Assembly: GCA_030650025.1 (NCBI GenBank)
Contig: JAUSEN010000007.1
Span: 9,472-73,471 of the forward strand
Direction of reading: 5' to 3'
Length of the DNA: 64,000 bases
DNA from: Candidatus Magasanikiibacteriota bacterium
Lineage (GTDB): Bacteria > Patescibacteriota > Patescibacteriia > Magasanikbacterales > GWA2-37-8
Shown here: in pieces, positions 26,969 to 36,554 of the stretch
Layout of the letters: each line of letters opens with the position of its first letter
How positions within the stretch are numbered: the first letter of the stretch is position 1
Made by a program: the position numbers and the translations under genes
The notes under the pieces: generated by a model
Databases searched by the model: none
What the model saw: the letters and a program-made list of their open reading frames with translations, nothing else
Told to the model about the DNA's origin: nothing

Positions 26969-27576
26969 TCGTGTCGTTTGGATTGGCCGCAGCCTTTGGC
27001 AGTGTAGTTTTTTGGTTGGTAGTAACTTGGTTACGAAGTAGTAAAATAAATTTTTATTTATTTATTTTCAAGAAATTTGATTTAGGGAGCTGGCTAGAGC
27101 GCAATTTTCGTCGCTGGTCAGCTGGCCAGCGCCGGGCGATAGAGCGAGATCTGCCGCAAGTTATCCATTTGTTTTGTCTAGAAATTTCCGCGGGCAATAA
27201 TTTAGCTATGGCTATGGCCGGAGTAGCCAGCGTTATAGACGGTTCGTGGTCTCAAGAATTAACCAAAATTTTGGTTCGTCATAATATGGGCATTAGTTTG
27301 AACGAGTCATTATTAATTTCGGCCGAAGCGCTCCGGAGCCCTGATTTTAGCCATTTTGTGTTGGCGCTCCGCCAGGCCGAGGCGCTTGGTGTTTCGCTTA
27401 CCGAGATGTTAACAATGGAAGCGAAATTGCTCACGTCCAAACGGCGCCGGGAAGCAGAAGAATTGGCCAGAAAGGCGTCGGTAAAAATTTCCGCGCCGCT
27501 GGTTTTGTGTATTTTTCCGGCTTTGTTGATTGTGTATTTAATGCCGGTAATTATTAATTTGCTCGAAACTTTATAG
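26965..27576 (+). CDS. tadC: TadC platform protein (T2SSF)
   Basis: QAEALG.SL, AEELARKASVKISAPLVLCIFP. Confidence 0.9.
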   Translation: MIVSFGLAAAFGSVVFWLVVTWLRSSKINFYLFIFKKFDLGSWLERNFRRWSAGQRRAIERDLPQVIHLFCLEISAGNNLAMAMAGVASVIDGSWSQELTKILVRHNMGISLNESLLISAEALRSPDFSHFVLALRQAEALGVSLTEMLTMEAKLLTSKRRREAEELARKASVKISAPLVLCIFPALLIVYLMPVIINLLETL

Positions 27577-27578
27577 GT

Positions 27579-28037
27579 ATGAATGAATTGATTTTTGTTT
27601 GGGCGATAATAGTGGCCGGGGCAGGGGTATTTTATGATATCAAATATCGGATTATTCCCAATTGGCTGGCGTTAGGCGGATTAATCGGGGCTTTGATTTT
27701 AGCGTTTTTTGCGGGCGGGTGGTTGGAATTAGCTAGCCACGCGGCCGGGCTAGCGCTCGCCGGTGGCGCGTGGCTGGTTTTATGGCGAGCGAAAATAATG
27801 GGCGGCGGAGACCAAAAATTAATGAGCGCGCTTGGCGCTTGTTTTTCTTGGCCAACGGTTCAGTATTTTATTTTGTTTGTAGCTTTATGGGGCGGAGCGC
27901 AAGGAGGCCTGGCGATTTTAAGAAATCGATGGGCTAAGCGGAAGTCGGAAGGCGTTAGACCAGCGCCCAAAATTTTTATACCATATTCAGTGGCTATTTT
28001 TTTAGGTTTAATTACCAATATTGTGTTAATTTTTTAA
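27579..28037 (+). CDS. tadV: prepilin peptidase TadV/CpaA (A24)
   Basis: DIKYRIIPN, MGGGDQKL, IPYSVAI. Confidence 0.92.
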   Translation: MNELIFVWAIIVAGAGVFYDIKYRIIPNWLALGGLIGALILAFFAGGWLELASHAAGLALAGGAWLVLWRAKIMGGGDQKLMSALGACFSWPTVQYFILFVALWGGAQGGLAILRNRWAKRKSEGVRPAPKIFIPYSVAIFLGLITNIVLIF

Positions 28038-28089
28038 AAAGGGTATAATATTGTCAGTAATATTTTTTGACATAATTTCGTTAAATCAT

Positions 28090-28572
28090 ATGATTTTTCA
28101 AAAGCCAGCGGTTAAACAAAGTGATTTTTCTATTTCGGCCCATCCCGAAGAACCGGGAGCGATCCGCGATGAAGTGGAAACGGTCGTGGGGCCCTCGGTA
28201 AATGTGGAGGGTGATTTTGGTTCGGAAGGCAATATTGTGGTAAAAGGGACGGTATCGGGGAGCGTGCGCACCAGTAAGCATTTGTTTGTTGAAATGGGAG
28301 CAAAAATAATGGCCAATGTCAAGGCGGGCACATCAAAGGTATCGGGCGAGGTCAAAGGAAATATTAAGGTTAAAGACACGCTAGAGCTGACGGCTACGGC
28401 GCGCGTTCTTGGAGATATTGACGCCAAAATTTTAATTATTGAAGCCGGAGCCATAGTATCGGGGCGCGTTAGCATGCCAGGGCTCGAAGGGGTAGACGCC
28501 AAAGCCGCGCCGAGGCTCGCGCGCCTCGGAGCCAGACGCCTTTCTGAAGAAGCTCCGGCCGTGACGCTTTAA
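28090..28572 (+). CDS. bactofilin (polymer-forming cytoskeletal protein)
   Basis: TVVG..V.VEGD, V.G.V.G beta-helix repeats, IEAGAIVSG. Confidence 0.92.
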   Translation: MIFQKPAVKQSDFSISAHPEEPGAIRDEVETVVGPSVNVEGDFGSEGNIVVKGTVSGSVRTSKHLFVEMGAKIMANVKAGTSKVSGEVKGNIKVKDTLELTATARVLGDIDAKILIIEAGAIVSGRVSMPGLEGVDAKAAPRLARLGARRLSEEAPAVTL

Positions 28573-28618
28573 ATTTTTGGCGAGGCTTTTCAGGAAAGCG
28601 CCAGAGAAAACGCCCGGT

Positions 28619-29383
28619 ATGTATGTATACATTTACGACAATTGGCTCCGCGCAAAAAAATTTGCGTCCACGGTTAAAGCGATGGAAATTCGTTTAACCG
28701 ATTTTGGCATTGCCGGCAAAATAGTGCGTCTCCAAAATTACACGGACGCGAAAGCGCTGATTGATGACGAGGTGCGCCGCGGCGCCAAAACTATCGTGGT
28801 GGTGGGGAATGATAAAACTTTTGGCCAAATTTTGTCTGGGGCCGCGACGGCGGGCTGTATTTTTGGCTTTTTGCCGGTGGGCGGAGATAACACGATTGCC
28901 GAAGTTTTAGGCATACCCATTGGGGCGGATGCCTGCACCGTGCTGTCGCGGCGGCGCATAGAAAAGCTCGATATTGGCTGGGTCAATAACCGCTATTTTG
29001 TTTCGCAATTAAAGGCCGGCCCGGGGCAGTTGGAAGTTTTTTATGATGAGCGTTTTCGAGTCACCGGCCAAAATTTATTAGAGGTGGTAGTGTGCAATTT
29101 ACAGCCCTGGTTTTGGAAGCGGAATAGCCAAGATCGGAATTTTGAGGTCGTGCATCCGCAAGACGGAAAATTGGAAGCCTGGCTCCGGCCCTTGACAAGG
29201 AAGCGTTTCTGGGGCTATTCTTACGAAGATCCGAGTATTTTTCCATTTTCGGAAATGGAGATTAAAAGCCAGGAGCCGTTTACCGTCGAGGCGGACGGGA
29301 AAATTACTAAAGAGATTCGCATTAAAATAAAGCTAGCGCCCGAGAGAGTCAACATGATAGTAGGAAGGGATCGGAAGTTTTAA
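28619..29383 (+). CDS. diacylglycerol kinase family protein (divergent)
   Basis: VVVGNDKT (GGDGT-like), PVG..N.IA..LGIP, DGKLE, ADG. Confidence 0.8.
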   Translation: MYVYIYDNWLRAKKFASTVKAMEIRLTDFGIAGKIVRLQNYTDAKALIDDEVRRGAKTIVVVGNDKTFGQILSGAATAGCIFGFLPVGGDNTIAEVLGIPIGADACTVLSRRRIEKLDIGWVNNRYFVSQLKAGPGQLEVFYDERFRVTGQNLLEVVVCNLQPWFWKRNSQDRNFEVVHPQDGKLEAWLRPLTRKRFWGYSYEDPSIFPFSEMEIKSQEPFTVEADGKITKEIRIKIKLAPERVNMIVGRDRKF

Positions 29384-29387
29384 AAAT

Positions 29388-29471
29388 GCCCAGGTGGCGA
29401 AATTGGTAGACGCACTACCTTGAGGTGGTAGCTCCCGCAAGGGAATGGAAGTTCGAATCTTCTCCTGGGCA
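29388..29471 (+). tRNA. tRNA-Leu(GAG)
   Basis: GCCCAGG/CCTGGGC acceptor, CTACC-TTGAGGT-GGTAG anticodon arm, long variable arm, GTTCGAATC; no CCA. Confidence 0.95.
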
Positions 29472-29735
29472 CGAAAAAGAAACGAAATCTTTTTCTGGTT
29501 TTTTTGGTTGGTAGTACAGGAAGCCGCGGTATACGCCGAGCTCCCTGGTTCGGACAGCTTTTGACGTCATACTTTTCCGCGCTACGTCCGTAATATTGCT
29601 AGAGAAAAGTGATTGACAGTGCGCGCTAATTTGTGAGATACTAACTTTGCGCCGTTATCTCAAAATATATCTTCTCACTTATTGTTGGCTATGTCGCTTT
29701 TATTACCACATTACAACAGCGTTGTCTTAATGCCC

Positions 29736-29762
29736 AACTCCTCATCAAATGAGGAGTTTTTT
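29736..29762 (+). terminator. intrinsic terminator upstream of the toxin gene
   Basis: AACTCCTCAT-CAA-ATGAGGAGTT-TTTT. Confidence 0.7.
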
Positions 29763-29887
29763 ATTTCACCAGAGTTATCAACATGGCCGTGTTGACACGT
29801 TTTGTTTCCCCGTGCTATGTTTACTGTTAAGTAACATTTTAAAGGTATATTATTTAGTTTATATTTTCAATCAATTTATCAAATCAT

Positions 29888-32800
29888 ATGTTTTATCGCC
29901 GGTTCCAAAAAATACTTATTTCTATAGTAGCCCTGCAAATGATTATTATGCCGGTCGTTCCGGCGTTAGCAGATGAGATCACGTCAACCGGCACTTCCAC
30001 TCCGCCCGCTTTAGCCCCAGCAGAACCACCCAAAAAAGATGATTCGCCCTTTTCGGCCCGCCAACTTATGCGCGAGTACCAGTCGTTTATTAGCGCTGAA
30101 AAAAATAAAAATAATTCCGCCGCCAAAGTTGCCTTAGCCGGCAAATTAGACGCTTTGATGGAGAGTGAGAGTAAAAGTTTAAGCGCGCTCGGCGTCGATG
30201 CCGAACGCCAGGCGCGATATTTTGGCCAACTCCAAACCATGGCGGAAATTTTAGACCCGGCGCGCCAGAGTTTTGTAGACAAAAAAGTTGGCGATCTTAA
30301 GGCCTGGCTGGGCCTCAAAAAACCCGACCAGTCAACGGACGAAGCAAACCGTCCGGATATTGTCATACCCGCAAAACCAGCCAGTTTTAGATTCAACAAC
30401 GCGCCCATTGAACTGAACAAAATTAAACTGGGGGAGTATCCATCTATGGCCAAACGGTTATCGCTCCGCGCGCGGGTTCGCGATATATTTTCCATTGACC
30501 AAGCGCTGGCCGGCCCGCTCACTCTGCCCGTGCTGGCAGATGTAGAGCCGGATGGAGCGCAGGTGGTTAGCGCGGCGCAATTTACCGATCTGGCCCAATC
30601 GCTCCACAACAACCCGCTGGAAATATACAACTACGTCCGCCAGACCATTTCCTACGAAGCCTATTACGGCGCTAAAAAAGGCGCGCTCGGCTGTTTTAGA
30701 GAAAAATTTTGCAATGATGCGGACGCCAGTTCACTCCTAATCGCCCTTTTGCGCGCGGCCGGTATTCCGGCCCGCTATGTAAAAGGCGTGGCCGTACTGC
30801 CGGTAGAAACCGCCCGCCAGCTCGTGGGCGTGGACGAAACCAAAACCGCCTACGCCGCCCTGTACGCCAACCGCGTGCCGGTGTTTTTAGTGTCCGGCAA
30901 CAATGTGGGGCCCAATTACGATCAGGCTGATTTTTCTCAAGAAAAATACTTTGGCGTGGAGTGGGTGAGCGTGGAAGCCTTTTATGATTACGATGAACGA
31001 GGCGGCAATATCAACAACACGTTAAACCTCTCTACGGCCACCACCACTGAATCGCTCCAGGCCATTCTCCAACAGGCCAGCCCCGAAAAGCAGTGGATTC
31101 CACTTGACCCAATGGTTCAACCGTCCGTTCGCACGGTAAACGAAATCGTGGCCGATACCGCCCAATTTAATTCGCAAACATTTTGGAATGATTACCTTAA
31201 ATATCAAGGTCCGCTTTCGCCTCTCAACAAATACGCGGCGGATTTAAAAAACCAAACCAACAAAGATATTTTCTCCGACCAGTTCCAGTCCAGCGCCGCG
31301 CCCCAGTTTAGCGCCGCGCGCCTGCTACCTGCCACCTTGCCCTATAATTTTACCAGCGGCCTTAAAGATGGCGATTTGCCGATTGCCAAAGAATACTGGT
31401 CAATTCTGCCAAACGACCGCCAAGAAAAAGTTATTATTACGCTTAAGCGCGCCGGGAATAATGAAGCAGTGATAACGCATACCTTTTTAGCCAGCGAGGC
31501 CAACAACCAGCCGATTGATTTGTCTTACGCCGGTGCTACTCCGGATGACCAGGCGGTGATTGATGGCTACGGCGGCCTGGCCTACACTCCGGCCGCGTTG
31601 GTAGATATTTTGCCATCTTTCACCCTCGCCAACACTACGGTGCCGGGCAACATCAAGATGGCGATCGGGGATTCGCTCATTATGCAGTTTGAATATCAGA
31701 GCAACGGCCAAACGATTGAAACCAACCAAAAATTTTCCGTGGCCGGCAATGCCGAAGGTATTTATATGGCCTTTTCGCAAATCGTGCCCGACCCCTCGCT
31801 CGTAAACAATAGCCAAATTTTATTCGCCGGCAACGCGGCCATCGCCCGGGCCTATCTCAATCGTCTGGCGGCCGACAACGCGGTTCTGGCCAAATCGCTG
31901 GATTATCAGCTCAACACCGAGTTTGCGCGCGCCGTGGTTACGCAAAATCGCGTGCTCTCTAAAGTTAATGACATTCCCACCACCTTTGATTTTAAAGGCC
32001 TAACGATTGACGCGGGCGCGGTTATTAATGACTATTCGCGCCGCGGCAATTACAAAAATCATCGCCTAGATTTCCGCTTGCTTTCCGGCCAAAACGCCTC
32101 GTACTACGAAGGCCAGCTTTTCACCGATCTCGCGGGCTTAAACGGTATTTCTACCATCAAAGGCTTGCAATACGCCTACGCCAACCCCAACGACTATACC
32201 GTGCACACCATCACCAAGGCCAACGAGGCCGACATTGACGCGTTACAGCTCTCGGACAACACTAAACAAAACCTGCACAGCGAAGTGGCCAAAGGCAACA
32301 CTATCACCACGCCCAACAAACCCATTGCCAAGGGCGCGTTTACCGGTATTGTCTACACCAGCATCGCGCCAAACGGCACCGGCCTCTATGCCATTGGCGA
32401 GCAGGTGGCGAATGGGGGGTGGACCGTGAACCCGGTTGTGCTGGCGCAACTGCAGAGCGATGTTGATAACAGCGTACTAGAGAGTTTTCAGGTGGATGAT
32501 GGCAACAATACTTTTGTGTACCGGGATAAATTATCAGGCAGTATTGATTGTCGTATCAACAGCAATACTTTCGGACGCATTTTGGCCAATAAGGATAAGG
32601 CTGGCCAGCCGATTCCGGCTGGCGAGGCAGAATGGAAAACCCGCTATGGCTGGCCGTGCGTTGATGATAATGAGAACGGGCCATATAAGTTTGGAGATTA
32701 TGAGCATGATTTTTTGGTAGCTACTGATGGGGCCAAGTTCACCAGTCCGGGGAGGTATGAATACTGGGTTAATGATACTGCGGTTGAAAATCTTTTTAAG

Positions 32801-34336
32801 ACAAAATTTGACTTTAATAACGGTAATTATTCATTGCGAAATGTTCGTACATATTGGGGTACGTATATTTATAAAGAGAATTGGGAAACTCACAACTTGC
32901 GTGAGTTAGGCGTATATAATCCAGAGCACCGCAAGGTATATGAAATGCCGATTTTTAGGAATGGAGAAAAATACTTATCGGCGGATAAAATTGAAGGTAA
33001 ATTCGTGCCGGAATTGATTGGTTATCCAATGAGCGAAAATAAGACGGCGGCTCTTTCCCCAAACGGTACCGACGGCTACTATCAGCAATTTACCAACGGC
33101 ACTATGTATACCAGGCCATCTCTTTCAACGTTTTGGAAGTCACTGGTGGTCTATGGTAAATGGAACGATATCCATAACCAGCAGGGCGGTACGGGCGGTA
33201 TAGGTTTCCCGGATAGTGATACTTTTTTTGATCAGCCATATAATGCGATTATTCAGAAATTCGAGAAAAAGATTTGTTATGACAAGAATGGAATTATTTG
33301 CGAAAATAGAATTTGGAAAGCAGATTTTCAGAGAGGATTGGATTCGTTTTATGACTCTTTCCAATTAATGAGTGTTGCCTATACCATATATAAAAATAAT
33401 GTCATGCAAGAAAGTTACGCGCAATTTTTGGTCGCAGTAGATTTAGCCAATGATACTCGGGAGGAAAGAAAGAACCTGTGTTATCTTTACAATGCTGAAT
33501 ATTCTCAACCCCTCTTTCTCTACCCCGCTCTCTATGCGGACGCGCAATGCGTTTTTCCCAAAAGCTTGGCTTATTACCAATCTAAGAAAGCGGATGCGCA
33601 GAATAAAATTAACGACCTCGGTCAAAAAACTACCGCCAGTGTTCAACAAGCTGAACAACTACACCTTTCGTTGGTGAGCCAGGTAGAAAATGGCGTTCAG
33701 ACTCCGTTTGAGTGGCTCGGTTTTATGGTGGTGGACTTGGGGACAGTGGTAGTTGGTCCCGCCTCCAAACTGGGTGTCAACGCCGCGAAACAGGTCGCTT
33801 TGAAAATGACCGCACGCTATGGCGCGGAAATTATGTCGGCGCGGATTAATCGTGCGCTTCTAATGAAGGCCACGAAGAAAGCGGCTGAAAGAGAGCTGGC
33901 ACAGCAGGGCGCCGCCGCCACCGAGTCGGCGCTGGAGGTACGATTGGAAAGAGCGGTATTAGGAGAGTTAAAGGGGGCGGGATTGGCTTATGTTGAACGG
34001 CGAGGTATAAAAGTGCCGATGGATTTGGCAAAACAGTTGCCTGGGAAGTGGTATAAATCAACTTCTTCTGATGTCGTGGATAGTTTTGCGAAACATTGGC
34101 AGAAACACGGAGTATTAGAGATGGAAAAGAAAAAATTGCCTCTTAAGACAATCCAAGAGTATTTTGATGATTCGAAGAATTTTTATAATCAGTATAAAGG
34201 ATTAAAAACTTCTGTAACACTTGACGATTTGACCGAAGGTATATTAATTAGACAGCCAGGGCAACCGGGCGGCTATTTTACCGGTCCCGGTCATCCGATG
34301 GGTGAAGGGCTAGCGGTTACTTTTTGGTATTTCTAG
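29888..34336 (+). CDS. large secreted transglutaminase-like domain protein with LGFP-like repeats and a putative C-terminal toxin domain
   Basis: Signal peptide; LLIALLRAAGIPARYV and WIPLDP; IGYPMS/IGFPDS repeats; C-terminal KHWQKHG; GC drop at the 3' end. Confidence 0.8.
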   Translation: MFYRRFQKILISIVALQMIIMPVVPALADEITSTGTSTPPALAPAEPPKKDDSPFSARQLMREYQSFISAEKNKNNSAAKVALAGKLDALMESESKSLSALGVDAERQARYFGQLQTMAEILDPARQSFVDKKVGDLKAWLGLKKPDQSTDEANRPDIVIPAKPASFRFNNAPIELNKIKLGEYPSMAKRLSLRARVRDIFSIDQALAGPLTLPVLADVEPDGAQVVSAAQFTDLAQSLHNNPLEIYNYVRQTISYEAYYGAKKGALGCFREKFCNDADASSLLIALLRAAGIPARYVKGVAVLPVETARQLVGVDETKTAYAALYANRVPVFLVSGNNVGPNYDQADFSQEKYFGVEWVSVEAFYDYDERGGNINNTLNLSTATTTESLQAILQQASPEKQWIPLDPMVQPSVRTVNEIVADTAQFNSQTFWNDYLKYQGPLSPLNKYAADLKNQTNKDIFSDQFQSSAAPQFSAARLLPATLPYNFTSGLKDGDLPIAKEYWSILPNDRQEKVIITLKRAGNNEAVITHTFLASEANNQPIDLSYAGATPDDQAVIDGYGGLAYTPAALVDILPSFTLANTTVPGNIKMAIGDSLIMQFEYQSNGQTIETNQKFSVAGNAEGIYMAFSQIVPDPSLVNNSQILFAGNAAIARAYLNRLAADNAVLAKSLDYQLNTEFARAVVTQNRVLSKVNDIPTTFDFKGLTIDAGAVINDYSRRGNYKNHRLDFRLLSGQNASYYEGQLFTDLAGLNGISTIKGLQYAYANPNDYTVHTITKANEADIDALQLSDNTKQNLHSEVAKGNTITTPNKPIAKGAFTGIVYTSIAPNGTGLYAIGEQVANGGWTVNPVVLAQLQSDVDNSVLESFQVDDGNNTFVYRDKLSGSIDCRINSNTFGRILANKDKAGQPIPAGEAEWKTRYGWPCVDDNENGPYKFGDYEHDFLVATDGAKFTSPGRYEYWVNDTAVENLFKTKFDFNNGNYSLRNVRTYWGTYIYKENWETHNLRELGVYNPEHRKVYEMPIFRNGEKYLSADKIEGKFVPELIGYPMSENKTAALSPNGTDGYYQQFTNGTMYTRPSLSTFWKSLVVYGKWNDIHNQQGGTGGIGFPDSDTFFDQPYNAIIQKFEKKICYDKNGIICENRIWKADFQRGLDSFYDSFQLMSVAYTIYKNNVMQESYAQFLVAVDLANDTREERKNLCYLYNAEYSQPLFLYPALYADAQCVFPKSLAYYQSKKADAQNKINDLGQKTTASVQQAEQLHLSLVSQVENGVQTPFEWLGFMVVDLGTVVVGPASKLGVNAAKQVALKMTARYGAEIMSARINRALLMKATKKAAERELAQQGAAATESALEVRLERAVLGELKGAGLAYVERRGIKVPMDLAKQLPGKWYKSTSSDVVDSFAKHWQKHGVLEMEKKKLPLKTIQEYFDDSKNFYNQYKGLKTSVTLDDLTEGILIRQPGQPGGYFTGPGHPMGEGLAVTFWYF

Positions 34337-34416
34337 AAAAATATGTATTTTAAATGGGTTTATAAAATAAAAAATGACGACAGAAATCACAGGACGAATT
34401 AATTTTTTCCATTGTT

Positions 34417-35400
34417 ATGGTTGTATTGGATGAAATCAGTGAACCAATTAGCTTAGGCCACGACTATGATTTAATAGATGGTCATGTTGTATTTGATAGA
34501 GCAGTCGGTGTGCTGGGTGCAGATGTTGAATCATTCCAAGACATAGGTGGCCGTTATGGGAAAGACAAACAAATGGTTTATTACATGGCAGAACCAGTGC
34601 TGATAATTGATGCAAAAACAGTCGTCTATTTGGGCGATGGCTATATAAAAGATAAGAGACAAGTCTATTGGTGTGCCGAATCTATCCCTGGAGCCGATCC
34701 GGGAAGTTTTGTAGTTTTAGATTATGGATACTATGCGAAAGATAAGAATAATATTTATTATGGGCGTGAGATTATTGCTAATGCGGATCGGAAAAGTTTT
34801 GTGGTTTTAAATTTTGATTATGCAAAAGATGTAAATTACGGATATTATCATTCTGAACGTTTTAATGTAGCCGAGGATTTTACTGCATTAAAACATACAA
34901 ATTACGCTAAAGACAAACATTCAGTTTTTTATTGTACTCAACCTATCCCTGGAGCCGATCCGGAAAGCTTTGTTAACATTGATTATGAAAAATACGCCAA
35001 AGATAAACAGTCTGTTTACTATCGCGGTCAACCTATCCCTGGAGCCGATCCGGGAAGTTTTGTTGTTCTTAAACATGATAATTATGCTAAGGATAAAGAT
35101 AAAATTTATTTTGATGGTAAAATTATTGAAAATTGCGATTATAGAAGTTTTATAATTTTGTCACCTTGTTATGCTAAAGATGAAAAGTCGGTCTTTTATG
35201 GTAACAAATCAATCGCCGGTGCTCACGTTAAAAGCTTTAAATTGATTGACGGTAATTATTATTATGCCAGAGATAAGAGGGCAATTTATTATGACGGCGA
35301 TGCGATTGTAGGTGCAGATTATGGAAGTTTTTATGTGAGAGGCGTTACATCTGCATACGATAAATTCGGTAAATTTGATCGGGGAAATAGAATAACTTAA
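34417..35400 (+). CDS. DKNYY-repeat family protein (immunity candidate)
   Basis: Repeated YAKDK..VYY.G..I.GADP.SF units; low GC. Confidence 0.85.
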   Translation: MVVLDEISEPISLGHDYDLIDGHVVFDRAVGVLGADVESFQDIGGRYGKDKQMVYYMAEPVLIIDAKTVVYLGDGYIKDKRQVYWCAESIPGADPGSFVVLDYGYYAKDKNNIYYGREIIANADRKSFVVLNFDYAKDVNYGYYHSERFNVAEDFTALKHTNYAKDKHSVFYCTQPIPGADPESFVNIDYEKYAKDKQSVYYRGQPIPGADPGSFVVLKHDNYAKDKDKIYFDGKIIENCDYRSFIILSPCYAKDEKSVFYGNKSIAGAHVKSFKLIDGNYYYARDKRAIYYDGDAIVGADYGSFYVRGVTSAYDKFGKFDRGNRIT

Positions 35401-35428
35401 AATTATCCAGCATGGTATTAATAAAAAT

Positions 35429-35710
35429 ATGTCTGACCTTGGCCTTATTGGAGTTGAGGAATTGGTGAAACATTATAATAAATATAAGGTAAATCAAATT
35501 GTGTTGGATAAAATTATTAATGAAGAAGCCCTTGGTTTGGTACAAAATGAAGGCAAGCAAGCATTCGTGAAGTCTGGTCTAAATCGTATGGTCGATTATA
35601 TTGTTGAAGCGACAGGTAGAAACGTGCAGCAAATCAATGTGGGGGATATCGTATTAGACCCAAATTACGGCTCTGGTAAATATTTTAATGTTACTTATAT
35701 TTTAAAGTAG
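35429..35710 (+). pseudogene. chimeric fragment, possibly an orphan toxin tip
   Basis: First ~20 codons homologous to an internal part of 35713-36477; remainder unrelated. Confidence 0.5.
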
Positions 35711-35712
35711 TT

Positions 35713-36477
35713 ATGTTGCATACGTTATCAGTTGTTGAGCTTTTAAATAGCTTTAATTCAATAAGTAAAAAAAAGATTTACAAAAATCAATATGTCGCCA
35801 TAAAAGGATTCATGCACGGTGAGTATTTATTTAATTCAGAAAAGGATTGGCAAGAAAAGACCGAAAATTATATCAGATTCAGTCATCGCGTTAGAGGTGG
35901 GATATTACGAAAGTTATTTAAGAAGAAGTTATTAGATGATATGAGTGGCGATGTTGTAATAATAGGCAAAATCATTCGATATACATATACAGAAATTGAT
36001 CATGTGGTGGCTGGAAAATTATTAAATAAATCTGGAGAAGAAATTAACTTTGTACAATTAGAAAAAGAAAACATGCCTCTTATGTTGCGAGATAAAAATT
36101 TGTTTGATTTTGGCCTTATTGGAGTTGAGGAATTCATCAAGCACTATGATAAATATAAGAGATGTTATGTTTATTTAGAAGGATACTATGAAAATTATTT
36201 AATATATCCTACAGAAAAGAAAAAAGAGGTTGGTGGGGTCAGTGTTGATAGGGATATACATTTCCATTCCAGTATAGATTATTTTTTAAAAAAGATGGCA
36301 ACGCAGTCTTATACTGGAAGGATTCGTATTGTGGGTAAAGCGGGGGTTGCAATGACAAACGTTAAAAATATAGGGCAGATTCTTAAAGTTGAATTGGTGG
36401 ATGATAAAGGAAATATAATAAATAGCGCAAAAATCAACGAAAATTCGATACCAAAAGAGTTGAGGCATATTATTTAG
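35713..36477 (+). CDS. hypothetical protein with two internally duplicated domains (immunity candidate)
   Basis: Two similar (S/G)V(V/E)E...YK..YV.(I/L).G...Y(L).{3,4}EK halves; low GC. Confidence 0.75.
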   Translation: MLHTLSVVELLNSFNSISKKKIYKNQYVAIKGFMHGEYLFNSEKDWQEKTENYIRFSHRVRGGILRKLFKKKLLDDMSGDVVIIGKIIRYTYTEIDHVVAGKLLNKSGEEINFVQLEKENMPLMLRDKNLFDFGLIGVEEFIKHYDKYKRCYVYLEGYYENYLIYPTEKKKEVGGVSVDRDIHFHSSIDYFLKKMATQSYTGRIRIVGKAGVAMTNVKNIGQILKVELVDDKGNIINSAKINENSIPKELRHII

Positions 36478-36554
36478 ATGCCTGATAAATATGATGGAGA
36501 TGGATAATCATTAAAACAGGAAGATTAATTTTACTACTATTTAAACCCAACCAT

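Noticed and set aside
29415-29570. Minus-strand ORF MTSKAVRTRELG... at the island's left edge
   Set aside because: Runs antisense into tRNA-Leu and has no recognisable motif; could be a truncated gene but unsupported
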